DNA of 64,000 nucleotides from Euprymna scolopes. Its lineage: Eukaryota. A model generated the notes under the pieces. That model worked only from the letters and a program-made list of their open reading frames with translations. It did not search any database and was not told the DNA's origin. The position numbers and the translations under genes were made by a program. Location: assembly GCA_053919585.1 (NCBI GenBank), contig CM132816.1; one strand, 5' to 3'. Shown here one piece after another: positions 1-12,303 of this stretch (the stretch's first letter is position 1; every line of letters begins with the position of its first letter).

Positions 1-610
1 AACAAACAAACTACTTATGATTTCCGCGTCATTTAAAAAAATATTTATGAGAACGAGAGCGCAACAAATTAATTGCAAAAAAAAAAAAAAAAAAAAAAAA
101 AAAACGATACACAATAGTTGCTTTTGATTTTCACTTTATCAGTTTTCGTAAATTCTGTGGGTAAATTTTTTACTTTTTTCCCACTTTAACACCCATCTTT
201 AAAGTGACGACTTTTATAGATTTATTGACCTTCACTCCTGATTTGAAATGGAACGAATATCACATTTAAAGTAGTTTTCCGGATATTAAAATCTTTATTA
301 TACTATGTAATCCCTTATGTTTTTCACTAGTAGCCATGTTTGTACGCGCATGCGCACATACATTTTTGATGAGCATGCATATATGTGTGAATGAAACTGC
401 AAGAAACAAATCAAATGACATAGCAATCAATTTTTCCAATTGAACAAGTACTTTTCGGTATGTTTTACAATCTACAGCGATTCGAAAAAGTGGTTAAAAA
501 TCTACAACGAAATGGAGTTTCATTCTATATTCAAAAGCAACTTTATTTGCCATCCTCGTTAATAGCATGTACAAGAGAGAAACAGGTTAGTAACTGGAAA
601 TGTTCTTATG

Positions 611-1097
611 TGTAAAGATAGATTTAATATTATGCCGGCTTGTTGAAGAAGAGAATAGTTCAGTTTACATGTGTTTATAGCCATCGTTAGGACGAAAAAG
701 GCCGGTTAAAGGAGAAAGAAAGAGCAAAGTCTTCAATGTGTTTGGATGTTGTAATGGGTACTAGGAGTGTGTGTCGGTGTATCGACAAGACCAATTCTGC
801 AGCATGATGAAGAAAGTTTGTGTGAGTACTGCACGTGGAAATAAGTGGGTATTTGAAGGTCGCCATGTTGGCTTGTTATACTCACGTTAGCCTAGGGCCA
901 AAGGTCCAGGCGAATGTCTGCTGCCAGCAGTAACCAGGGAGATAGAGGAGGAAGAGTTGCTGAATCGCGTTTTATGTACTCAGTCACGTGATTGAGAGCT
1001 GGCCTTTGGTTGGATAAGCCAGGGAGACGATTGATTTAAATCTCAAGCCGTGAGATTTCACCTCTGCCTGTTGTTGTTGCAAGTTTTGACTGCTACA
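611..1097 (-). mobile_element. Possible solo LTR
   Basis: TGTA...TACA ends; on the minus strand an E-box, TATA-like tacataaaa and ATTAAA near the end; no TSD found. Confidence 0.25.
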
Positions 1098-1481
1098 AAT
1101 CAAATATAAAAACAACTAAATGTTACCATAGCCAATAAAAGTTACTTTGCAATCCACTTTAGTCATTTTTTGGTGTTTTGACAGTAGTTTTAAGTGCCTT
1201 TTATTTCATCTCAAATATTAACTCTTTTTACAGCTTTTAAATGCCCAATCAAGATGGCTGCAGTTTTCCCATTCTTTTTTTCTTTTTATAGTCTAGCCGG
1301 CCTTGTTTTAAAATTTCACTACCCCTTCCCATCCTCATGTTCCTGCCCCCAAATTAGATTATAAACGAGACCAAAAGAAAAAAAAAAGAGGGAGATTTAA
1401 ATCCCCCCCCCCTTAATAAAGCAAGAAATAAAAATGACTCCCCCCATCATCTAAAAAATAAAAACTTGAACAGAAATCAGA

Positions 1482-1897
1482 AGCTCATAGTATTAATGCT
1501 GGTGTCCCTCAAGATTCCATCCTTGGCCCAACTCTCTTCTTGATCTTTATTAATGATCTCACAAATAACATTCTTAGATCATTCGTAAACATTTATGTAG
1601 ACAACACCACAATCTTTGGCAATACTTTTTTAAATCACCAAGATTTTTCTGATTTTCTCTCTTCTGATCTTGAGCATGTGGTGCAATGGGGAAAAAGGTG
1701 GCTGATTAATTTTAATATATCTAAAACCAAGCTTCTCTATTTTCATCATTATTGCTTCGACCCCGTCTGGCATTAACTGAAATGAATGGCTCTCACCTTG
1801 CGGAAGCACCATGTTTTGATAAGCTTCTGGGATTGACCTTCACTCCTGATCTGAAATGGAATACATACATCAAATCTGTTGCTAAGACTGCTGGAAG
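1482..1897 (+). mobile_element. CR1/Jockey-group LINE RT fragment (family A)
   Basis: INAGVPQ..LGPTLFLIFINDL..KLLGLTFTPDLKWNTYI; homologous to 35340-36427. Confidence 0.88.
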
Positions 1898-2282
1898 AAC
1901 GGCTTTTGAAATAGACACCCTCCTCCCAACCTCCTCATGTTAAGGACCCCTTCCAGAATAGACACCTCAACCTCTCCATGTTAAGAACAGCAATAAGCAC
2001 CCCATTTTTTTTTTTTTGCAGAGGCGGAGAGGAATATATGCCCCAAATTTAACTGAGATTTTCTTATTCAGCATAGTTGAAAGCCTCTAATTAGTAGTCA
2101 TTTTAAAGATAATTGTAGAGGTGGACCTACTGTAAAAATTTACCAAAAAATTATCCGTGCATCTAAATTAAAAATGTAAGTAAATAAATAAATTAAAAAT
2201 GTTATTCCGCACATGCGCTAGCCTTTGTAAGGGAGCGGCTATTAAATAAATATGTTGGCCGCCATGGAACTCAACACCCAAG

Positions 2283-2550
2283 GGGTCCTGGATATGACCT
2301 TAAACTATATCCAGTGATGAGGTCCCAGCTTGCAGGCTTTGGGAAGTGTGGAGCCACCCTTTAAATGCTATTGCTCCCAGGTCCACTCTGACCCGGAGTG
2401 GTAGTACCTGTTAGAGTCCCAACTATGGGTTAAATAGAAACCGACTTGAAAACAAAAAATATTCTATTAAAAGATTTTCCTTCAAAATCTTTGGATTCGG
2501 TATTAAATGACCTAAAAAGAGTTGATATGCCGTAAAACAAAAACAACCCA
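2283..2550 (+). repeat. Dispersed SINE-like repeat ending in a stem-loop plus AAAC tail
   Basis: Reverse-complement copy at 36635-36755; tail shared with six other sites. Confidence 0.6.
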
Positions 2551-2719
2551 CCATCAAGGGGTACCAAGTTTTTGTTTGAATTGATTCGAGTGGTAGAGAA
2601 AATAAAAATTTACCTTAACCCTTTTTTTTTTAACAGGAATATTCACCGGTCACGTGAGAGAGATAGCCAAAAAGTAGTTGTTCGGTAAAACTTGCGGAGA
2701 ACGCTCTGTTTTATGGTTG

Positions 2720-4796
2720 AGCGCTTATGTCAACGCCTCATCAAATCTAAGGGAGATAACTAGCATAGACATAGCAAAAATAAGCATATTTTGCAAGATA
2801 TAATTTGGGACGCTGAAAAAGCAGGACAATGAAAGAATGTTAAATCAAAAAAAAAATTATTACACGATTACTGTAGCCGAGTTCCGGAAATTGCTGAAAC
2901 AGTTTACGAAAAGGAAACAAGTTAGCGAAGTTAATCAACGTACTTAACATATAACAGTGTTAAGTAACAAAAGAAACTTATTACTTAACATACACAAAAC
3001 AAAAACCGTCATTTTAATTTTTTTTAAAACGAAAATAAAAAAATAATAAAGATAAGGAATTTGTTTTTCTTTATTTTAGATAATTAGCGTCAGGATGATT
3101 AAAATTTTTGGAAGGAGATTTTGAAGTATTTAAACCCTCAATTTCTGGCTATGATTCAAGTTTCATTTATTTATTTATTACTATTTTGTAGTTTCATTTT
3201 GCAAGGTATAATTTGGGGCGCATAATAATTAACGTACACAAAACAACGAAAATAGAAAACATTTTCGAAGGAGTTTGTTTGAAGTATTTAAACCGGCAAT
3301 GTAATATTTTTAAAACGAAAATAAAAAAATAAGAAATTTGTTTTTCTTTATCTTAGGTAACCAGTCATTTCTGCCTATGATTACAGCCGTTTTTTTTTAT
3401 TTTTATTTTTTTATTTTTTTTTTTTACATTATTTAAAAAATAAAAAATAACGTTAAAAAATTCTGCACAAGGTAAAGTGTTCAGTTTTTTTTTTTTTTTT
3501 TTTTTTTTAATAAGGGAAGCATTTTCCAAACTTCTTGATTGTTGGCTATACAAAAAATAAAAAAAACTTTTTAATTGGCTATAGGAATTTAATTTTTTTA
3601 ATTGCTTTCGGCTACAGAATCATTACAAAGATTTCTTAGAATAGATAGCATGTCTAATTTAGGACGCTCCCGCGTTTATAAAGAACGTATAGTGGACCAT
3701 TCACTACACGAGAAATAAGTGAGTTAAATTGGACATTTAGTTCAATTTTACCCAAAATAACAGAGGAGGATGATATTCAGTTTGCAGCTTCCATTGAATT
3801 GATAGAGAATTCTAGCCCTTGTTTAGCATGTGAAATCCCTAGAATGTTTACTAAAAGAAGTAAACTATCAGACGGATGGTATTGGGTATGCCGGAGCTGT
3901 AGGTCAGTTGTTAGCATGCGAAAGGGGTCGTTTTTTGAAAAAAGCCGTCTGCGAATAATTATGCTTATTTTTTGTTGGAGTATAGATATGAAGCAAACTG
4001 CAATTGAGAAAGAAGTCGGCATTGCATCCCATGTCATTGTAGATTGGAAACAATTTATTAGAGAAGTTTGTGAGCAGGATATTTTAAGCAAACCAATATT
4101 GCTGGGAGGGTTAACTTTAGAATAACACCCCAAAAGAAGTAGAAATTGATGAATCCTTCTTTAAACGAAAATACAACAGAGGTAGATTTAGAGACAGAGT
4201 CTGGGTCTTTGAAGCAGTAGAAAGAAAAAACAATAAATGTAATGTAACTGTAGAAAGGAAAGATAGAGAAACATTGTTCCCAATAATTCGATCATGGATT
4301 TTGCCGAAAATGCGTATCATATCTGATAGTTGGGCTGCGTATGATACTTTAGGCGAGTATGAAAACGGCATCTATGAACATGCCACAATAATCCATGATA
4401 CTAACTTCGTCATTCGTATTGCCATCAGGGAGCAATATGTGATATAATTTTCATTTCCATTAATTAACAAGTTTATTTAATTTTTGTTGTTGATTAATTA
4501 ACATTCATGCTTTGTGTATATTAATTAATAAGTTTCTTTTGTTACTTAACATTGTTATATTTTAAGTTCGTTGATTAACTTGTTTTCTTTTTGTTCAACT
4601 TCACCCGGCGCTTGCAGGTATAGTATTCGTGTAACCTTATTTTGCTTCTCTTTTTTTTTTTTTTTCATTAAATATTCTTACATTGTTCTACTGATTATTT
4701 CAGCGTCACAAATTATAACTTGCAAAATATGCTTATTTTTGCTATGTCTATGCTAGTTATCTCCCTTAGATTTGATGAGGCGTTGACGTAAGCGCC
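2720..4796 (+). mobile_element. Merlin (IS1595/ISXO2-like DDE) DNA transposon, decayed
   Basis: TIRs of about 110-130 bp (2720-2845 vs 4670-4796); degenerate 8-bp TSD tatggttg/tacagttg; internal transposase remnant. Confidence 0.88.
3650..4410 (+). pseudogene. Merlin/ISXO2-like transposase pseudogene
   Basis: Zn ribbon CLAC..CRSC, RKGSFF, then a frameshift near 4125 into VEIDESFFKRKYNRGR..WVF..TLFPII..ISDSWAAY..HDTNFV; ends before the last catalytic Glu. Confidence 0.88.
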
Positions 4797-5689
4797 TACA
4801 GTTGTTTTAAAAAATGGAACGAAAACTTAAATTTCGTCCGCTTTAATTTTTTTTAAATTGCGCATGCACCCCAAAAATAGTTTTATATATAAACAGAAAA
4901 AAAAAAAAAAATGTTCTTTTGTAAAATAAATTTTTATTAACAAAAACGAAATAATTTAATTTTGAAACGAAAAAAGTCTTTTTTTTTTTTAATTTTTTTA
5001 CATAAGTGTCCAACTCCAACTCACCGTTTACATTGGAAATGTCGCTCTTAAAGGTTTTTGGGCATGCTTACAACGATTAAACACCATAACCTCCTCATGT
5101 TAAGAACGCCTTTAGAATCTCCCTATGTTAATAACGGCTTTTGGAATTTGGCACTTCGGATATATGATCGTTTTGAGCAATACTCCAGGTGTTCAATGAG
5201 AAACTTCCTACTTAAATCTTCTTGTTCCCAAAATTTTACTATTGCATAGATATTCTTATATTTGCAACTTGTGCACATATCGATGGCCGTGCTTTGAATT
5301 TTTAACTTAATTTTTATTATTTTATCAATTACTTTCGATTTTGGGGTGCATGCGCAATTAAAAAAAAAATTGAAACGAAATTTAAATTTCTGTTCCATTT
5401 TTTTTTAAAACAACCGTAAAACAGAACGTTCCCCGCAAGTTTTACGATATTTTTAAAAATCTGAAACGTAAGTTTGTAATCGATGAGATTAACGTGAAAA
5501 AAAAAAATGTGTAAATTGTAGAATTTAAACGTTCGCTAAGCTTAATTTTTGTAAAAAATATATAAAAAAAAAAAATTCGAAACTTTTACATTTTTCTTTT
5601 ACGCCAATTTGATTACTTATTTTTTGACTAAAACGGGAAATCCGGTTTAGTAGGCCGAACATTTTTGAATAAATGCGATTTTTTTTTTT

Positions 5690-5815
5690 ATCACACCGTT
5701 TGCTGCGGAGCCCGGAGCCGCCTGTTTGTTTACAAATTAAATTTTTGCGAGATTTGAAAAAATCTCGCGTGACTACACTCTTTGCAGATACAACATGGCG
5801 TCCAGCACGTGTTTA
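5690..5815 (+). promoter_or_regulatory. Putative SPATA5 promoter (CpG-rich patch)
   Basis: Local CpG enrichment; TCTCGCG, TTTGAA, YY1-like CAACATGGCG (5791) and E-box CACGTG about 300 bp upstream of the ATG. Confidence 0.5.
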
Positions 5816-6116
5816 TAACTTAAACTATATTCCTGATTTTCTCACCACCAACAACAATAACAACAACCAACTTCTTAATTCCTGAAGCATCTAGCATCAT
5901 TCTTTTCTCGATTCATTAAAAAAAAAAAAAAAAAAACTCTGTCTTTTATTTAGTTTTAAAAAACAATTAATAACTTCAAACTCGATTTTTTTTGTATTTG
6001 TAAATCTGAATTATTGTCGTCAATCAAGAAAGACTCCCTCTCCCCAATCATTCAAATATGGTGAGATTTTTATTTTTATTTTTTTGCTTTACGTAAATAA
6101 AAACTAAAGATAAAAT

Positions 6117-6318
6117 ATGTCGATGAAGTCAAAGTCGTCATTGTCAGATTGGTGTGAATGTATCCGCTGTAAGAAAATTGTTAATTCCCGACACGTGGGT
6201 AAACATGAGGCCGAATGTGCGTCCCTGTCAGCTGAAGACGATGTTTTGTCACATGGCTACATTTACGGAGGAATCCTGCACGGATTCGTGGCGAGTGTAT
6301 CGGATGGAGAACTTCAAG
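6117..6318 (+). CDS. AFG2A: SPATA5 exon 1 (MSMKSKSS...DGELQ; carries a C-x2-C-x11-H-x3-C motif)
   Basis: ATG 6117; donor G|gtaaat at 6319; phase 1 fits exon 2; CpG-rich promoter-like sequence upstream. Confidence 0.8.
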
Positions 6319-6471
6319 GTAAATAATTCTTTGTTGTCTGTGTTGATTTTGTTAAAATTCAGCAGCCCCATTTAATAATGATTGTTTTGGTTTGCAAGGC
6401 TGTTTTCAATAATTGTCACAATTTCAGTTCTTCGTTTATATTGTCAGCTCAGCTGCTTATTCAGATACAGA

Positions 6472-6542
6472 AAAATCTTTATGATGTACGTACTCGGCGT
6501 GGAACGAAGATGTCGTATTCCAAAAATGGCGTAACTTGATCG

Positions 6543-6583
<41 letters not shown>

Positions 6584-6815
6584 GGAAATCTAATTTATGA
6601 CGAAGTGAAGTGTAAAGTTTAATAAATAAAAGGGAGATAACTCATTTCGAACTCCCGAGATCAAAAATATAATATATAATGGATACAAATTAGTATTAAA
6701 ATCGCTAAAAATCATAAATTTTGATTTTCTTAAATAAAACTATTTGATCAATTTACGTAATTTTTGGAATATGACATCTTCGTTCGGGGATGAGTACGTA
6801 CATTATAAAGATTTT
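6472..6815. mobile_element. Foldback MITE (about 75-bp inverted repeats)
   Basis: 6472-6548 inverted to 6740-6815; related copy near 25421-25830. Confidence 0.72.
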
Positions 6816-6830
6816 GAAAATAAATAATTG

Positions 6831-7416
6831 GGGTTTGTATTACTGTACACATTCGAAAAAGTTGTCAAAAAACAAATATATAACAAATAGATGTTATCAA
6901 AGGCAAGATAAGTTACTTTTCTACCAAACTGGATATAATTTTCGTGTTTTTATTCAATTTAACATGTTTATTCAGCTCGAAAAGCATACAGTGTTTACCG
7001 ATGTATTCGAAAATTCAAGATGGCGGCCGATTCGCTCTTTAACACGGTAAGTTCGGGAAAAGGTGTTATAAATAATAAACTATACAAAATACTATTAAAA
7101 ACCACCGAACATATGTCAAGTTATGTCACGGTAACATATATTGAGCGAATTTCTAACAGTGTTTTGTCTAGTTTATTATTTATTACACCTTTTTCCAAAC
7201 GTACCGTGTTAAAGAGAGAATCGGCCGCCATCCAATACATATCGCTAAACACTGTATGCTTTTCGAGCTGAATAAACATGTTAAATTGAATAAAAACACG
7301 AAAATTATATCCAGTTTGGTAGAAAAGTAACTTATCTTGCCTTTGATAACATTTATTTGTTATATATTTGTTTTTTGACAACGTTTTCGAATCTATGTGT
7401 ACAGTAATACAAACCC
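6831..7416. mobile_element. Near-perfect palindromic foldback MITE (about 270-bp arms)
   Basis: gggtttgtattactgtacaca... / ...tgtgtacagtaatacaaaccc; produces the mirror ORFs 6790+ and 7121-. Confidence 0.88.
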
Positions 7417-7749
7417 GATAAATTACTCTTCTACCTACCTGGATAAGTTTATTTGTGTTTTAAATTTTTTTGTTCAAAACAAACCTAGTGTCCAGTTAGA
7501 AAAAAAAAAGAAGCAAATAAATAAATAAAAATTAGAAAAAAAAAAACAAAAAAAAAACAAACAAACAAACATGGCTACCCTTGTACGAGAACCTTTGATA
7601 ATCAAAATGAAAAAATTGAAAATTAAACAAAATATTGGAGGAAAATGTCACCAATCGTGCGAAAATGTGATATTCAAATTTCGAAAATGTGAAGTTCAAA
7701 TATCGAAAATGTGATGTTAATTTTCGAATTTGGAGCGATTACACTGGTC

Positions 7750-7970
7750 AACAACAAATTTGGATGCTAGTGCAGAGAGTGATCCGCGCTATTTTTTTAA
7801 ATCGTATTTTCAAGTTTAATTAAAGTTTTATGATATGTTTTCTTTTATTCAATTGTAAGGTTGAAGTATAGAATAGATACAAAACACCCTCCCCTCCCCA
7901 TGTTTTTAAATAATAACGTTATTATTTCAGCACGGATCACACTCTGCACTAGTACCTAAATTTATTGTTT
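7750..7970. mobile_element. Small MITE/foldback
   Basis: ctagtgcagagagtgatccgcgct vs agcacggatcacactctgcactag. Confidence 0.6.
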
Positions 7971-8318
7971 GCGTTCTTTTTTTTTCTTCTTTTTTTTTAA
8001 AGCATATATTAGGACGATGCGATGCGCTGAATCCAAAAATCACATTCAATTCCTGAAAACTCTTTGAAAACTTGTTTTATTAATTTTCTACCTTATCATT
8101 TTTCGTAATTTTTTAATATTTTACTAATTTCGACATGCCAATTTAGTAGATGCCATTGGTTTTAATTGAAATTCAATGTTTCAATTGTGTTCCTGTGAGC
8201 GGGAAATACAAATGACGTGTTATTTCCCTTGCATTTAGCTTGCATGCCGGAAACAAATATCGCTGTACTTTGTATAGTGAAATCATGAAAATACATGGTT
8301 TATGCAATATTACAGTAA

Positions 8319-9259
8319 TCTATATATCTATATATCTATAAAAGTAAAAATGTCTGTGTGTGTACATTTCCATACCAAATAACTGTCAATTTTCGGTCTA
8401 GAGACTCAAGATTTGACATATGGAGTATTGAGATTTAGGAAAATCTTTTTAATCGGTTTTTGGCCAGAAATTTGGCTGTCAAGGGCTCAAAGTTAAATGA
8501 TTTGACCTTTGAAAACTTTATCAAACTACTCCACCAATTTTGGATCTAAACACTTGAAATTTTTAATGTAGGTTATTTGGACATAGATCAAGCTTTATAA
8601 TTTGATTTAAGCCCAAAAAGATAAATGTTAAGGGGTCAAAATTGGGGTTAAAGAAAAAGAAAATTGACCTCTGTGGGCTCTACCAAATTACTCAGCCAAT
8701 TTTTGGTCTAAACATTTGAAATTTTACATAAAGGGTATTCAAAGATAGGGCAAACTTTTTAATCAGTTTGGATAAAAAATTTGAGCTGCCAAGAGGTTAA
8801 AGTTCAAAAGATTTTACCTTTGCAGTGTCTAGCAAACTACTCAGCCAATTTTGGGTCTAAACATTCAAAATTTATACATAACGAGTATTCAGACATGCGG
8901 CAAGCATTTTCATCAGTTTTGGGCGAAAATTTGGCTGCCAAAAGGTCAAAGTTGAAAGAGTTGACCTTTGCAGATTCTACCAAATTCCTCCTTCAATTTT
9001 GGGTCTAAAGACTTGAAATTATAGATGTAGGTAACTTGGACATGGGTAAAACTTTGTATTTTGATTTTAGATCAAAATAGTAAATGTTAAGGAGTCAAAA
9101 TTGGGGTCAAAGTTAAAAAAATTGACCTCTGTGGTCTCTACGAAATTACTCAGACAAATTTTGGTCTAAACATTTGAAATCTTACAAAAAGTGTATTCAC
9201 ATGTAGGGCAAGTTATGAACAGTACATAGGGCCCGAGCAAAGCTGGGTTGAACTGCTAG
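8319..9259 (+). mobile_element. Non-autonomous Helitron with internal ~150-165-bp tandem units
   Basis: 5' A|TCTATATA; 3' hairpin gcccgagcaaagctgggt then CTAG|T; about 5.5 internal units. Confidence 0.82.
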
Positions 9260-10439
9260 TATTTAATTAATTGTGACAATTAAGTAGACAACATTGCTTT
9301 TAGTTGAAATTGACATAAAAAGTTGTTTTTAATAAAAATTCAATTTTTTCAGCTTTCATTCTAATATTGAAGCACCAAATTTAAACAAGAAAAAAATGTT
9401 AATATTTATTTATAGTAGAATCTTGCTTTTTTTCTTTAAGGAAAGGTCAAATCGCTATGTCTTTATATCCTTATTTTTCCCAATTTGGCTTGATTTTATT
9501 TCTGTCTCTTTTATTGTTTTTTTTTCTCTTTTCTTCTTTTTCTCTTCCCCGTCTGAAAATGTTAATTTAGTCATACTTCAATAAGATGGCCACAAAGAAG
9601 GGAGAAGACTTTTGTTTTATCAATGAATAATTTTTGTCTCCCTTAAAGCATATCAATTGACATTTTCAGTATGGCAAAAAGGTATTAGAGATTAAGACCC
9701 TCTGCTAAATCACCCCTCTCCCAAACAGAGATTCTACATTTTTTTAATAAGCAATTATGAGTAAACACCCTGGCTCTCCAGGTTAGAAAATTGGTAGGAG
9801 CTGTAGCCCCTAAATTGAGAAGTTTGGCACTTGCTTGTTACTGTTATTTTGGACAAATTTTTTTGTTTTCATTTTATTTAGAACTCCTTAAAAAGGGAAA
9901 CAAATCCAAATCGAGAAGACTATGTGAAAAAAAATCAAAGTTTCACGTAACTTTTAGTTAAAAACAAAACAAATACACCAAGGCAATAAAATAACACAAA
10001 ATAAAACATTGATTATCGGAATATTTTAAATTTTGTAAAACAAAAATAAAAAAAAATCACATGCATTTCAATAATGACTGTTCAAAACTATTTATAAATT
10101 TTAAGTCATACATGTTTTATTTTGTGTTATTGTATTACTTTAATGTTTTTTTGTTTTTAACTAAAAGTTACATGAAACTTTAATATTTTTGGATAGGATC
10201 TTCTTGAATTATCTCCCCCTGTAAGGAATTCTTCCAAAAGGCAAACAAAAATATTGTCCAAACTAACAATAATACACAAGTGCCTAAAGTTCATCATGAT
10301 TTTAGATTTTACCATTGGCTGTTTACATTTAGTGGAATCCCATGCAAATTCCACATTGCTTTCCACATCAATCTATAATTTACTGCTAAAAATAATATGT
10401 CTGTATTTTTTCAATTATTGCTCCCATTTTGGATGGGTT

Positions 10440-10700
10440 TTTTTTACCACTTAGGCCAAAGACTCAAGAATAAAGATTAATGAATGTAAGGCCATAGCGT
10501 AGTAATCGTTAATTATGTAAATTGGGTAGAATTTGATTATTTATGGGGATGGCTAAACAGGAACTTGTTTACATTGGATTTGAAGGCTACCATGTTGTAT
10601 TCAACCGAGAAGCAAATCAGTGGAATAGTGTTCCACAGGTGGGAAGTTCTAGGAAAGAAACTTTGTTCATGGAATCTGCATTTAGATTTAGGCACAGTGT
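10440..10700 (-). mobile_element. LINE family A 3' fragment
   Basis: PKSKCRFHEQSFFPRTSHLWN...FKSNVNKFL plus the shared 3' UTR. Confidence 0.75.
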
Positions 10701-10842
10701 TTTGGTAGATGTACTCTCCGACCTTCTTTAGCTCCATTTTGTCAAATCTATGGAAGTTTGAACTGCTACACATCCAACTTTTAACCTTTTTTTTTAAATT
10801 TTTGTTCATTTTTATTGCATTTATTTGTTTTTCTTTTTCCAG

Positions 10843-11122
10843 TTGACCAGGTTGTTTCCAAGTTATCAGCCGCCACACAAAGAAATCTTGTATACATCCA
10901 CCCTTCCTGCTTGGCGCTGTGCAATTTAAGCATAGGTCAGCCATGTGTTGTAGATAGAGAGTATGTCCAGACCGTTTGGCCATGCCCCTTAGCCAATCCA
11001 AGTATGGTGGGACTCTCAGCTGAAATCCAAGAGAAGCTTCGCAAAAAATCAAAGGATCCGGTCTGCATCAGTCCTTTAGATCAACCTCAACGTCAAGCGG
11101 CTGCTATTCAGATCCAATCTCG
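10843..11122 (+). CDS. AFG2A: SPATA5 exon 2 (N-domain: NLVYIHPSCLALCNLSIGQPCVV...VWP...VGLS)
   Basis: Acceptor ttccag; donor CG|gtatga; resembles the SPATA5/Cdc48-type N-domain. Confidence 0.87.
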
Positions 11123-11586
11123 GTATGACGTCTTCTTTTTCCAGATTTCAGTAAATATTCTTAAGAATGTGTTGTCTGTGTTCCTTTTTATTTAGCTCCC
11201 AACGAGAGCAAAGTTAGATATAGGTTTTTTTTTTAAATGTAGGTAAAATGCAGTTTTCCCTAATAATGCTGGATTCAGATCCCAAAATAATTTCTTTTTA
11301 GAAAGGGTTCTCCTTACTGAAGAGAGATGCTTTCCACCCCCGAGATGTAACTTTGGTATGACCCATTCTTGAGCATGCCATCCAATTAACACATCCTTAT
11401 CTACAAAAAGATATTGCTGTACACTTGAATCATATTTAATGGTTCACAACGAGATTCTTTGCACTAACTTTGAAAGCCAATTAAGTATATTTTGATTTCG
11501 CATCAAAAGGTTAACAGAATAAAAAACAGATAAATAAATGTCAACCACTCCCTCACGCAACTAATTCTGTTCTTCTTGTTGTTGAC

Positions 11587-12221
11587 GGTTTACCCTGAAA
11601 GAATGAATATTACAAAAAAAAGTCGTCATTCTGGCATGTTTTTCAAGACCTTTCATTTTTTCATTACTTCCCCTGTTTTCTAAACGGTGATAGATGATTT
11701 GGTGTCCCCGACGAAACATCTTCCGACAGATATTTTAACTGAAGAAATCTATAACATTCTTAGACAAATTATTAGTCTTATTATTATTGTTATTGTTGTT
11801 ATTATTAGTAGTGGTATTTGTATTATTAGAAGTAGTTTGGCATAAGAATGATACTTTTCTGTAAGAAAAAAATGTTTTACTTTTAAGAATGTTTCACATA
11901 AAAAGAAAGTTAACTTAATTACAAGAAAGAAATATTACATATTTTTTAAATAAAAGTAAGAATTGTTCACATTTTTCCACTTATTTTCATATAAAATGCT
12001 AATAATAAATAATATTACATATTATGTATTATATAATACATAATATCTGTTGTAAGATGTTTCGTTGGGGACACCAAATCATCTATCACCGTCTAGAAAA
12101 CAGGGGAAGTAAGGCAACAATGAAATGTTTCGAGAAATATGCGGGAATGTCAAAAAGTCTGTATTCTGTCTAAGGCAATCCTGAAAAAATATAATTTTTA
12201 TGGATGTATCTTGGGTAAACT
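11587..12221. mobile_element. MITE with GGTTTACCC-type termini
   Basis: About 60-bp inverted block 11665-11722 vs 12054-12111; termini ggtttaccc / gggtaaact. Confidence 0.68.
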
Positions 12222-12303
12222 TTTTACTTTTTGCTAGGCACACACGCACACACACACACACACGCACATACACACTCACACACAACTTTCCTTTATATCA
12301 TAA

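Larger units (their letters stand above)
2684..5446. mobile_element. Outer MITE whose left TIR was interrupted by the Merlin
   Basis: 2684-2719 joined to 4805-4877 is the reverse complement of 5340-5446. Confidence 0.75.

Noticed and set aside
3650-4410. Bacterial IS1595 element or contamination
   Set aside because: Long TIRs, an 8-bp TSD and nesting within host repeats fit the eukaryotic Merlin superfamily.
6058-6109. Upstream ATG|gtgaga micro-exon
   Set aside because: The implied intron is only about 50 nt with no convincing acceptor; it cannot be supported without RNA data.
6790-7381. Pair of near-identical ORFs on opposite strands
   Set aside because: Mirror translations of the palindromic MITE.
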